NCBI GenBank assembly: GCA_902634185.1
Contig: CACPJC010000001.1
Coordinates: forward strand, 32,001-96,000
Length of the DNA: 64,000 bases
DNA from: an uncultured Candidatus Actinomarina sp.
GTDB lineage: Bacteria > Actinomycetota > Acidimicrobiia > Actinomarinales > Actinomarinaceae
Direction: 5' to 3'
In this document: in pieces, positions 20,243-28,982 of the stretch
Numbering within the stretch: the first letter of the stretch is position 1
Layout: every line of letters starts with the position of its first letter
Translations under genes and position numbers: made by a program
Notes under the pieces: generated by a model
The model's database searches: none
What the model was told of the DNA's origin: nothing
Seen by the model: the letters and a program-made list of their open reading frames with translations, nothing else

Positions 20243-22504
20243 TTATTTTGATTTGATATAGTTCAAGGCAGAACCAGCAAAAAACCAAGCAATCTGATCC
20301 TCAGATAGAGAATGATTTGCTTTGATTGTCTCTGTTTCACCATTTTCTTTTTCGAGGATAATCTCAACAGGTGTGTCAACTGCAATGTCTTTCAGACTAC
20401 CGATAGTCATTTTGTCGAACTGTTCAATCTTTTCATAATCGTTTTTGTCTTCAAAGACTAGAGGTAAAATACCTTGCTTCTTTAAGTTTGCTTCATGTAT
20501 TCGTGCAAAACTTTTTACCAACACGACCTTACAGCCTCTAAATCTCGGCTCCATTGCTGCGTGCTCTCTTGATGAGCCCTCACCATAGTTTTCATCCCCA
20601 ACAGCTACCCAGCTAACATTCTTTTCGCTGTAATTCTTTGCTATGTTTGGTAATGTATCGACTTCCTTTGTGAGTATGTTTACACCATCACCTGCTTTTT
20701 CAGCAAATGCATTATTGACTCCATTGAACAAGTTTTGTGAAATATTTTCAAGATGACCTCGGAACTGTAACCATTTACCAGCAGGAGAAATATGGTCAGT
20801 TGTACATTTTCCTTCTGCCTTCATTAAGACGCTCATTGAAACATAGTCTTCTTCATTAGGTGGAAGAAATGGGGTAAGTTTTTGAAGTCTATTTGATTCT
20901 GGATCAATTATTACTTCAACATCATCGCCTGGTGTTGGTTGAATAAATCCCTCGAGTGTTTCTTCAAAGCCTTTATTAGGTAATTCATCTGCAACAGGTG
21001 GATTTAGTAAAATTTCTTCCCCATCTTGAGTAGTAAGAGTGTCACTTAAGAAGTTAAAATCTAATGTTCCGCCAAGTGCCAAACCTATAACTGATTCAGG
21101 TGAACCAATAAATGATAGTGTCTCTGCATTTCCATCATTTCTAGCAGGAAAGTTTCTATTAAACGATGAGACGATTGAGTTACTCTCTCCTTCTTTGATG
21201 TCATCTCTTTTCCATTGACCGATACAAGGACCGCATGCATTCGCAAGAACAGTAGCTCCAATCGATTCTAAATCTTTTAAGTATCCGTCACGTTCTATAG
21301 TTGCTCTGGTTTGTTCTGAGCCAGGAGTAACCATCAAAGGTACTTTTGCCTTAAGACCGTGCTTTGCAGCTTCTCTAGCAATAAAAGCAGCTCTACCAAT
21401 ATCCTCATATGATGAATTCGTACAAGATCCAATCAATGCACTTGAGATTTTTACAGGATACTCATTGTCATTTGCATCCTTTTTTAATCCAGAAATTGGT
21501 CTAGCTAAATCTGGCGTGTGTGGTCCAACAATATGAGGCTCTAGTTCATCTAAATTAATCTCTATTACTTGATTGAAAAATTCTTCTGGGTTTTCTAAAA
21601 CTTCATCATCAGCTGTGAGTAAATCCATTCTAGAGTCTGCTAATTCAGCTATTTCATCTCTGCCGGTAGCATTTAGATAAGCACTTCCCTTTTCATCATA
21701 TGGAAATATTGAGCAAGTTGCACCAATCTCAGCACCCATATTTGTTATAGTTGCTTTTCCAGTGGTTGAAATGGTTTTTGTACCCTCTCCAAAGTATTCA
21801 ACTATTGCATTCGTTGCACCTTTAACCGTCAAGATTTCTGCAACTTTTAAAATAATGTCTTTAGGAGATGACCAGCCGCTCAAAGAACCAGTTAGCTTTA
21901 CTCCAATTAAGCTAGGTATTTTTGTGTTGAAAGGCATACCAGCCATTACATCAACTGCATCTGCACCTCCTACACCAATTGCAATCATGGATAGGCCTCC
22001 AGCGTTTGGAGTATGACTATCCGTACCGATCATCATTCCTCCTGGAAATGCATATTGTTCTAAAACTACTTGATGGATGATTCCAGCCCCTGGTCCCCAA
22101 AAGCCTATTTCATATTTTTCGGAAGCAGTTCTAAGGAAGTCAAAAACCTCTTTATGTGTCTTGTTAGCTACTTGAAGATCACTAGCTGCTCCTTCATAAG
22201 CTTGAATTAAATGATCACAGTGGACAGTTGTTGGCACTGCTGTTTCTGGAAGGTCTGCTTGCATAAATTGTAAAAGAGCCATTTGTGCTGTTGCATCTTG
22301 CATTGCAACTCTATCGGGTGCAAAGTCTCCGTAGTCTTCGCCTTTATTTAGAGAAACAGAGTTGATATCTGTTGCATGTCCAAAGAGAAGTTTTTCAGCC
22401 AGAGTGAGAGGAGCATTTTTTCTCTCTCTTAATTTCTTAATATTCTCAGTTAGATTCTCATAAACTGAAGAAACTAAACTTGCTGGTGTTACTGATAAAT
22501 CCAT
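20243..22504 (-). CDS. acnA: Aconitate hydratase, mitochondrial-like type
   Basis: DRVAMQDATAQMALLQF, VHCDHLIQA, IGSCTNSSYED, ANACGPCIGQW, GEGSSREHAA. Confidence 0.95.
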   Translation of the reverse strand: MDLSVTPASLVSSVYENLTENIKKLRERKNAPLTLAEKLLFGHATDINSVSLNKGEDYGDFAPDRVAMQDATAQMALLQFMQADLPETAVPTTVHCDHLIQAYEGAASDLQVANKTHKEVFDFLRTASEKYEIGFWGPGAGIIHQVVLEQYAFPGGMMIGTDSHTPNAGGLSMIAIGVGGADAVDVMAGMPFNTKIPSLIGVKLTGSLSGWSSPKDIILKVAEILTVKGATNAIVEYFGEGTKTISTTGKATITNMGAEIGATCSIFPYDEKGSAYLNATGRDEIAELADSRMDLLTADDEVLENPEEFFNQVIEINLDELEPHIVGPHTPDLARPISGLKKDANDNEYPVKISSALIGSCTNSSYEDIGRAAFIAREAAKHGLKAKVPLMVTPGSEQTRATIERDGYLKDLESIGATVLANACGPCIGQWKRDDIKEGESNSIVSSFNRNFPARNDGNAETLSFIGSPESVIGLALGGTLDFNFLSDTLTTQDGEEILLNPPVADELPNKGFEETLEGFIQPTPGDDVEVIIDPESNRLQKLTPFLPPNEEDYVSMSVLMKAEGKCTTDHISPAGKWLQFRGHLENISQNLFNGVNNAFAEKAGDGVNILTKEVDTLPNIAKNYSEKNVSWVAVGDENYGEGSSREHAAMEPRFRGCKVVLVKSFARIHEANLKKQGILPLVFEDKNDYEKIEQFDKMTIGSLKDIAVDTPVEIILEKENGETETIKANHSLSEDQIAWFFAGSALNYIKSK

Positions 22505-22542
22505 CGTTTTAATTATATTCTCATATAGTTCTTACTAAAACC

Positions 22543-24000
22543 TTATCTGTACTCTGGACAAGTTATTTGATAATCACAATTTGAGCACCAATCACCAACA
22601 TTAAATGATGGTGATAGTGAATCATTAGGATTCCAATTAGCAATTCTCTGCGCTTTATCCTCGAATTTGTTGATGATTGAATCAAACTCACTTTCTCCAA
22701 ATTTTCTTTTCTTAAGTTTTCCACCATCTTTATTTGTATATATATGAAAGACGTAGACCTCATCCTCTTTGAGTAACAATTTTGCACCTAGTGCATATAA
22801 TTCAGCCTCTGTTAGGTCATCATTGCTTTCTTGTCCTGTTTTGAGTTCAATAACAAGACCTTTTCCTTTGTACCTTCCAACAAGATCAGCCTGGCCCATA
22901 AATGTTACTGCAACTTTATCTTCTCTTAACTCCATTTTTGAATTTGAGACTATTCCATCTTTTAATATCGAAAATCCAAGACCATACTCTGATAGTTTTA
23001 TTTCTAATTCGTTTTGATCTTCAACCTCATCATCTAAGGCTTGGATGAGTTCTTCATATTTTTTGAGTATCTGAGACGCAAATTTTTCCTCTTCATCTAC
23101 AAGCAGCTTTTTTAATCTCTCAATTTCTTTATCTCCAAAGATATCTTTATTTTTTTCAAGCATCTTTTGTGAATATGAGTGAAATTTTTGTCCAAGTTCA
23201 GCTTCAAATGATTCGTTTTCAATATCTTTTGGTATTGCATATTGCGCTCTCCAAGACGTCCATCGCTCACACGTCTCAAGATTTAACAAGTTTGACTTAC
23301 TAATTAAAATTCCTCTATTATTCGACTTTGCTTCTTGTCCATCAACTACAGGATATTGACCACACCTTGATGGTCGAGAACACATATAGCAATGGAGTCC
23401 AGGAGTTGCTTGTTTTCTATTTGTTTCAAATTCTTGAATAATATTGAAATAGTTATCAATAATTTCTTTTGAATTTTCTGGTTCCTTAATCTCATCAAAG
23501 TCATCGTGAATGAGTTGAGCTGTTAGAAATGTTTCACCCTCTAACTTAGTTTCTGCCACAATAGCCCTATCGATATCTTCAATATCAGACACTCCTGCCT
23601 TAAGCTTTATGTATTCAGTGTTGTCTTCATCTTCAAGTTGATACTGAAAGGATGTGTACATACCTTTCTCTTCACCATCAATCTCTTTGATGATTTCTTG
23701 TCTGTAAAAATCTATATTGACCTGAGGTAGTGGTTTGGGAACCAAACTTCTAAATCGCTCAAAAAGTTCAGACATTATTTTTTTTTGTAATGGGTCATAA
23801 AATTGAAAATTTTCTTCTGCAACCTTAATAGCAACCTCATCATCTGCTTCATTAAGTAACCAATCAGATATTGCGTTATTTATACCGCTCCATCGATCTA
23901 AGCGAGAATTTGGTGTGAGAGTTTTTGGACCAATAGATTGATGACACTCTGAAATTTTTTTAACATCGTGTGTTTTATAGAACTTAATGCCCTGGTTCAT
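22543..24000 (-). CDS. PD-(D/E)XK nuclease, AddB/RecB/Cas4-like, apparently two tandem domains
   Basis: SKSNLLNLETC..., GQKFH, GQADLV...VIELKTG, ELYALG, C-terminal CSNCDYQITC; internal CYMCSRPSRC. Confidence 0.75.
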   Translation of the reverse strand: MNQGIKFYKTHDVKKISECHQSIGPKTLTPNSRLDRWSGINNAISDWLLNEADDEVAIKVAEENFQFYDPLQKKIMSELFERFRSLVPKPLPQVNIDFYRQEIIKEIDGEEKGMYTSFQYQLEDEDNTEYIKLKAGVSDIEDIDRAIVAETKLEGETFLTAQLIHDDFDEIKEPENSKEIIDNYFNIIQEFETNRKQATPGLHCYMCSRPSRCGQYPVVDGQEAKSNNRGILISKSNLLNLETCERWTSWRAQYAIPKDIENESFEAELGQKFHSYSQKMLEKNKDIFGDKEIERLKKLLVDEEEKFASQILKKYEELIQALDDEVEDQNELEIKLSEYGLGFSILKDGIVSNSKMELREDKVAVTFMGQADLVGRYKGKGLVIELKTGQESNDDLTEAELYALGAKLLLKEDEVYVFHIYTNKDGGKLKKRKFGESEFDSIINKFEDKAQRIANWNPNDSLSPSFNVGDWCSNCDYQITCPEYR

Positions 24001-24043
24001 ACTCTAAAGATAATTGAAAGTTTCTTGAGATCATGTATTTCAA
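23953..24043. repeat. 91-bp direct repeat, copy 1 (upstream region plus first 16 codons of the nuclease gene)
   Basis: Aligns without gaps to 24371-24461; 44-bp identical core 23972-24015. Confidence 0.95.
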
Positions 24044-24103
24044 TATAATTGTCTGTTTTTACAGGATAGTTATTAAATGTAATTTGACGTGTAAAAAAGG
24101 CAA

Positions 24104-24418
24104 TTAGCAACAAACTTGAGAATCAGAATTCACTTCTTCTAAAATCTCAGCGTTAGGATAATAACCATCTGGATAGGTAGGACAAACAGCTTGAATTGAG
24201 CCATCTTCAAGTTTTAGTACCATACCATCTAATTTTTTATCATTCATATATGTAACAGCATCATTTTTTGACTCAAATGGTTTTGAACAACGCTCAACTA
24301 TCCAGTCTTTTGAATTTAATGATTCATTCATAGATTTTTTATTATACTGTCGTTTAAATTTAATATCCTTAATTTTTTTAACTTCATACGTTTTATAGAA
24401 CTTAATGCCCTGGTTCAT
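24104..24418 (-). CDS. Hypothetical protein; N-terminus duplicated from the neighbouring nuclease. True gene may start at 24331 (75 aa, C-terminal CC)
   Basis: MNQGIKFYKT identical to the 22543-24000 start; internal ATG 24331 has TATAAT 9 nt upstream. Confidence 0.55.
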   Translation of the reverse strand: MNQGIKFYKTYEVKKIKDIKFKRQYNKKSMNESLNSKDWIVERCSKPFESKNDAVTYMNDKKLDGMVLKLEDGSIQAVCPTYPDGYYPNAEILEEVNSDSQVCC

Positions 24419-24461
24419 ACTCTAAAGATAATTCAAATTTTCGTAAGAGCATGTATTTCAA
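24371..24461. repeat. 91-bp direct repeat, copy 2
   Basis: Identical core GTTTTATAGAACTTAATGCCCTGGTTCATACTCTAAAGATAATT at 24390-24433. Confidence 0.95.
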
Positions 24462-24468
24462 ACTTTAT

Positions 24469-24708
24469 TTAAATCATGTCTTGTATAGGGGGAATAATTA
24501 AAAATACACCATTTGTGTTTATTTTTTTAATTTTACATTTCTTACCAAGAGCAAGTCCTGTAACTACATCTATAATTCTCTGTCGATCTTCTTTCTTTGT
24601 AACTCCTCGTATATCAAGAGAAGTATTTTTTTCACCTATCTTTGAAGAATTTAATTTATAAATATCATCAATGGAGTTCATTATTAAAATTTCTAGTTCA
24701 TCATTCAT
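24469..24708 (-). CDS. SepF-like small protein (C-terminal domain only)
   Basis: RQRIIDVVTGLALG..KIKKI...VFLIIP resembles the SepF RxIDFxxGxxxxxxGxIxKIxxxVFLxxP pattern. Confidence 0.6.
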   Translation of the reverse strand: MNDELEILIMNSIDDIYKLNSSKIGEKNTSLDIRGVTKKEDRQRIIDVVTGLALGKKCKIKKINTNGVFLIIPPIQDMI

Positions 24709-24770
24709 TATTGAATTATCTCACAAAATAAAAGTGAGCTTCATAGTGTAAAAATTTATATCAATAAAAT

Positions 24771-27209
24771 TTACTTTAAAGTTTCTATTTCATCCGGACA
24801 GAATTTTAAAGATTTTTGATTAGGAAGAGACAAGGTAATTGAGGATTTATCAACAAGTTCTTCAAATGTGGTTTTATTTTTTATTATGCCTACGGGATTA
24901 TCTGTATTAATAATTGTTTCAAGTGGTGTATATAAAAATTTTATGAGGGCTATCTCAAAATCTGTGAAGTTTACAGAATTATTTTTTGTTACGTTTTCTG
25001 TACTCATTAATCCACTTTTGATACATGATGAATGGTGCAGCCCTAGTGAGTGGCCTAGCTCATGAATTAAAACGTGATCTCTCTCCAAACCATATAGGTC
25101 AGCATCAATCCAAATGCTTTCCTCTATCAAGTTATAAAACCCTGTATAACCAGCACATGAGCCAGTCCCCCAAGCGTCACCATATGGTCTTCTGCTCAGA
25201 CATTCTCTAAGCTCAATAGGAATTGTTATTGCTTCACTGTTTGTTGAATAACTAAAGAAATCATAACCAATAATTTCGTTTATTACTCTGACGAACTCTT
25301 TTACAATTCTCTCATCTTTATCGGTAAAATCACCATCGAAACCGTACACAACAGGACTATCTTGCTTGAAAATGTCTCTATTTACATATCCGGAGTCTCG
25401 ACTGTATCCACCTGGATCGTATGTATGAGTTGAGCCAATTATAAGATCTTCAATGCTAAATTGTTTTACTAGTTCATCTGTGACTTCGGTTATATCCTCT
25501 TTGTAGTCATCGTGAATTATTGTATTTGGAAAAAACTCTTCTCTTTCTCTATTTTCCCAGTCACCCCAAATAAAGATATCCCAGAGATTTGCCCAACTAA
25601 TTGAGATTTCTGGCCAACCGTGAGCCCATCCTCTAACAACATATGGTTGGAATGAAAACGTTAATCCGTCATCATTTATCGATACAGCATTTAGATTTCT
25701 ATAACTCCAAGGCTGAGTTTTATCATCTTCTAAAGTGGGGATTTTTCCCTCATCTACTCTAAGAATATCTTCTAGCCTATTATCGAGTAATTCAAGCCAT
25801 AGTGGGTTATAACCATCTTTTTCAAAGCCTTGTTCATTTAAAAGCTTATCGGACATAATATCTTTGAGTTCAATTTTTGTACATGTAGAAAGATCATAAT
25901 TATAAGTTTTATAGAAATAGTCACCATGATTACCCCCTGTAAAAGTATGAATTTGGAAAATTACAGATATATAATTCATCCTTTCTTCAGGAACCATTCC
26001 ATATTCATATAAATAAAAACCATCCTCGGGTGGGTTGTTATGATGACCTAGATTTTTCCCATGGACTTCAAAAGAGGATTGACTACTGACTAAATAATTA
26101 AAAACAGAGTAAAAATCTGCCCATGTTGGGTGGTCCCAGGCGTTATCTGATATATCAAATCCAACAAGACGATAGTCGCCTGTTAAGCCTGAGGCCCAGT
26201 GGTCTCCCCACTCAAGATCATCATGAAAATTAAGAGTGGTTGATCGGGCATAGTCTTCAAATACAGTATTTATCTCTTCAAAACAGGATTCATACATGGA
26301 TGCATCGTCAATTGAGTTTTCGTATAGCTCGTTCCACACATTCAGATTCTCAATATTTAATACTGGATACCTAAATGTGTTATTCCAAGTTGTATTGGAA
26401 TCATAAGTCCCAACTTCACTTAAACAAAAAACGTCAGGCGTAAGTTCCTCTTCACCCTCTTCTTTTGAATATTCGTTCCAATCATCCACATGCCACTTTA
26501 AAATCCATTCATCTTCAAAACATTCCTCTGGAGAATCAAAATGTTGTTCCCAAATTAATCCAGATGGAGTCTTATACATTGTGATGTATCCATCTTCTAC
26601 CATTGGTGATCTAATGTGATCTCTTACGTAATCTCCTTCACCACTGATATTCATATTGAAAAGATTATTTTTACATGTAAATAAAGCCTCTTCGCCCTCG
26701 ACATCTTTTGCATATATTTCAATATTCAACATGTCTTTACCCTGTAGACCCTCTGCATAGGCATTGATTACAACTTCACCGTCCAATTTGTAACCAACAC
26801 CTTGATCTAATTCCATTCTTTTTTTGAGATTAATGTCTAAATCACCTGTGCTGTCGGTGAACTTGATATCAAATTTTTTAGGTCCATTTGGGAAAGAGTA
26901 TTGAATGACAAATTCATATGATTCATATAAACCAAGATTTTCATCACAAAGATTTAAATTAATGAGTGGTTTTTGATTTTCATCAAGAATAAACTCGTTT
27001 TGCTCTGCAGCAAGATCTGATAATTCGTTTATCATTTCATCTGCAAAATCTAAATCACTTTGTAATTGATAATTCTCTTCAATTAAATCTTCTATGATTT
27101 CATTTTCAAAAAGAGCAACTTGGACAATAAAAAAAATAAATAATGTGTAAAAAATAAATAATGATTTCCAAGAAGGTGGTCTTTTTAATGCATTAATAAA
27201 ACTATTCAT
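24771..27209 (-). CDS. Membrane-anchored RsiV/DUF3298-like domain plus C-terminal metzincin (M10/matrixin-like) peptidase
   Basis: N-terminal TM and coiled coil; YISV..HTFTGGNHG...TYNYDL...IELKDI and GLTFSFQPYVV..WAHG; HELGHSLGLHH followed by a GLMS Met-turn. Confidence 0.7.
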   Translation of the reverse strand: MNSFINALKRPPSWKSLFIFYTLFIFFIVQVALFENEIIEDLIEENYQLQSDLDFADEMINELSDLAAEQNEFILDENQKPLINLNLCDENLGLYESYEFVIQYSFPNGPKKFDIKFTDSTGDLDINLKKRMELDQGVGYKLDGEVVINAYAEGLQGKDMLNIEIYAKDVEGEEALFTCKNNLFNMNISGEGDYVRDHIRSPMVEDGYITMYKTPSGLIWEQHFDSPEECFEDEWILKWHVDDWNEYSKEEGEEELTPDVFCLSEVGTYDSNTTWNNTFRYPVLNIENLNVWNELYENSIDDASMYESCFEEINTVFEDYARSTTLNFHDDLEWGDHWASGLTGDYRLVGFDISDNAWDHPTWADFYSVFNYLVSSQSSFEVHGKNLGHHNNPPEDGFYLYEYGMVPEERMNYISVIFQIHTFTGGNHGDYFYKTYNYDLSTCTKIELKDIMSDKLLNEQGFEKDGYNPLWLELLDNRLEDILRVDEGKIPTLEDDKTQPWSYRNLNAVSINDDGLTFSFQPYVVRGWAHGWPEISISWANLWDIFIWGDWENREREEFFPNTIIHDDYKEDITEVTDELVKQFSIEDLIIGSTHTYDPGGYSRDSGYVNRDIFKQDSPVVYGFDGDFTDKDERIVKEFVRVINEIIGYDFFSYSTNSEAITIPIELRECLSRRPYGDAWGTGSCAGYTGFYNLIEESIWIDADLYGLERDHVLIHELGHSLGLHHSSCIKSGLMSTENVTKNNSVNFTDFEIALIKFLYTPLETIINTDNPVGIIKNKTTFEELVDKSSITLSLPNQKSLKFCPDEIETLK

Positions 27210-27816
27210 TATTTACCCACCTAACAATCTCTTTTGCAAATTTTTGTCCACCTCTATGACTTGGTTCTATGGGGTTAGCATAATCTTCAGATGTGACAAA
27301 AATTTCTCTTAACTCAAGCACCTCTATGTTGTATTTGCTCCCGATCCTATAAATAGAGTCATTAAAAAATGAGACCATCGTTCTTGCTGATTCTGCAATA
27401 GAATCAAATTCCTCTGAACCAACTAAATCCCCTTCATATACTGTGCATAGAAGTGGAGTTGCCCTGTAGTCAGTTAGTTTCTGCACAATGGTCTCATAAT
27501 TATTATTTATCGGAAGTAACATTTGCCTTAATTGTTCAAGAACAAGGTTTGGCGAATACCTAAAATCCTGAGTCAAAAAGCTGATATTGTTAAGAAGATC
27601 ATTTCCACCAACAGACAATACTGTATGAGTATCCTCTTCAGATACATGTTTTAGCTGGCTACTTAAAACATGATCTGTGGTTGCTCCATCAAGTGCTATT
27701 TGTAAAAATTCATCATTAGAAATATGTTCTAAATGTTCCAGTACAGAGAGCTCATCAGATTCAACATAAACCTTATTGTCAATGATGGAATCGCCTAAGA
27801 GTGTAACTTTGTTCAT
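27202..27816 (-). CDS. SGNH/GDSL hydrolase
   Basis: LLGDSIIDN, SVGGND, DYANPIEPSHRGG. Confidence 0.88.
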   Translation of the reverse strand: MNKVTLLGDSIIDNKVYVESDELSVLEHLEHISNDEFLQIALDGATTDHVLSSQLKHVSEEDTHTVLSVGGNDLLNNISFLTQDFRYSPNLVLEQLRQMLLPINNNYETIVQKLTDYRATPLLCTVYEGDLVGSEEFDSIAESARTMVSFFNDSIYRIGSKYNIEVLELREIFVTSEDYANPIEPSHRGGQKFAKEIVRWVNNE

Positions 27817-28046
27817 ATTCCTCTATGAACACGACCAATATGATAACCATCACAATATCTGCATTTGTAGTCTTTTATGAGTTCCTTAGCTCTAAAAGAA
27901 GCGAGTCTTGCAGATTGTAATGCGAGTAAAGGATTGTCGTATTTAGTTTTTCTTTTACAACTCCAACATTTATCACATAAACAATATGAATTTGAATACT
28001 CTGACCAGCAAATAGGTTGTTTTAGTGTGATACGTTGCCGGGGCAT
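27813..28046 (-). CDS. Small Cys-rich Zn-finger protein
   Basis: CKRKTKY...A...YKCRYCDGYHI; AAGGA RBS; 4-nt overlap with the SGNH gene. Confidence 0.65.
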   Translation of the reverse strand: MPRQRITLKQPICWSEYSNSYCLCDKCWSCKRKTKYDNPLLALQSARLASFRAKELIKDYKCRYCDGYHIGRVHRGI

Positions 28047-28055
28047 TTATTCCTT

Positions 28056-28076
28056 TTTTAGTAACTTTCACTATAA
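28056..28076. promoter_or_regulatory. NrtR-type operator box 1
   Basis: TTTTAGTAACTTTCACTATAA, a 21-bp pseudo-palindrome with a GT-N7-AC core. Confidence 0.8.
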
Positions 28077-28086
28077 ATATAGCGAA

Positions 28087-28107
28087 TAATAGTGAAAAAC
28101 ACAATTA
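28087..28107. promoter_or_regulatory. NrtR-type operator box 2
   Basis: TAATAGTGAAAAACACAATTA; GT-N7-AC core, 31 bp from box 1. Confidence 0.75.
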
Positions 28108-28118
28108 ATAAATTATAT

Positions 28119-28139
28119 TTTTAGTACTTTACACTATTA
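28119..28139. promoter_or_regulatory. NrtR-type operator box 3, overlapping the -35 of the nrtR promoter
   Basis: TTTTAGTACTTTACACTATTA; contains TTTACA (28128-28133), 18 nt upstream of TATACT (28152-28157). Confidence 0.8.
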
Positions 28140-28163
28140 AGATAATTTTTCTATACTTTGCAT

Positions 28164-28982
28164 ATGAGTAAAGGTTATCCCCTATCACTGAATGCAGTCA
28201 ACGTAGTCTGTTTTAAGATCGACTGGATTGAGATGGATTTAAAAGTTCTCTTAATCAAAAGAAGTATCTCCCCGCATAAAAACAAATGGTCTCTTCCTGG
28301 TGGTTTTGTGAATGAAAATGAAAGTATTGAAGAGGCAGCACATCGTAAATTTGTTGAGGAGACTGGCATTGCACCTGCATATATCAATCAGTTCAGAACG
28401 TATAGTGATGTTTCTCGTGATAAAAGACCAGTAAAAGGTCAAAAGGTTCGTGTTGTTACTACTGCATTTAATGCAATTTACACTAGTACTGACGATCCAG
28501 TACTTTCTGATGAAAGTTCAGATTATCGATGGTTTAAGATACCTAGAAGATTTATTGATAGATCAATTCCAAAATTGGCTTTTGATCATTACAAGATACT
28601 GACTGATGCAGCTAACCGACTAAGAGTTGATTTAGAATACAGTGGTCTTGCAACCAGATTTCTACCTCAACACTTTACATTAGGACAAATACAAGATGTC
28701 TATGAAATTATTTGGGAAGTTGAATTAGATCCAGCAAACTTTAGAGATAAATTAACAAATGTTGAGGGATGGATAAAAGAAACTAAATCTGGTCCAAAAG
28801 ACGCTGAACCTCGCAGAGGAAAACCTCCAACATGGTATAAAGAGCATGACATTCCAAAATTTGATAGGATGATATCTAATCCAAATGGAACTGTAATCAG
28901 AGAAAAAGAGTCTGAATATCAAAAAAACTTAGACAATTTAACTGGAGAAATCAAAATATCTGACATAAAATCGAAAGAGTAA
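28164..28982 (+). CDS. nrtR: NrtR-family Nudix-wHTH transcriptional regulator
   Basis: WSLPGGFV..Nudix box (RKFVEETG), QFRTYSDVSRDKR, LAFDH, FLPQHFTL..IQDVYE..LDPANFR wHTH. Start ATG 28164 lies 6 nt after TATACT. Confidence 0.9.
   Translation: MSKGYPLSLNAVNVVCFKIDWIEMDLKVLLIKRSISPHKNKWSLPGGFVNENESIEEAAHRKFVEETGIAPAYINQFRTYSDVSRDKRPVKGQKVRVVTTAFNAIYTSTDDPVLSDESSDYRWFKIPRRFIDRSIPKLAFDHYKILTDAANRLRVDLEYSGLATRFLPQHFTLGQIQDVYEIIWEVELDPANFRDKLTNVEGWIKETKSGPKDAEPRRGKPPTWYKEHDIPKFDRMISNPNGTVIREKESEYQKNLDNLTGEIKISDIKSKE

Noticed and set aside
22543-24461. CRISPR-Cas locus (Cas4-like gene plus repeat)
   Set aside because: Only two 91-bp copies 418 bp apart, no spacer array and no cas1/cas2.
24740-24760. 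Fourth NrtR box (ATAGTGTAAA half-match to box 3)
   Set aside because: The AC half of the core is missing, so at most a half-site; not reported as a feature.
22505-28046. Integron cassette array or prophage
   Set aside because: No integrase, no attC-like sites recurring between genes, and no phage structural genes.
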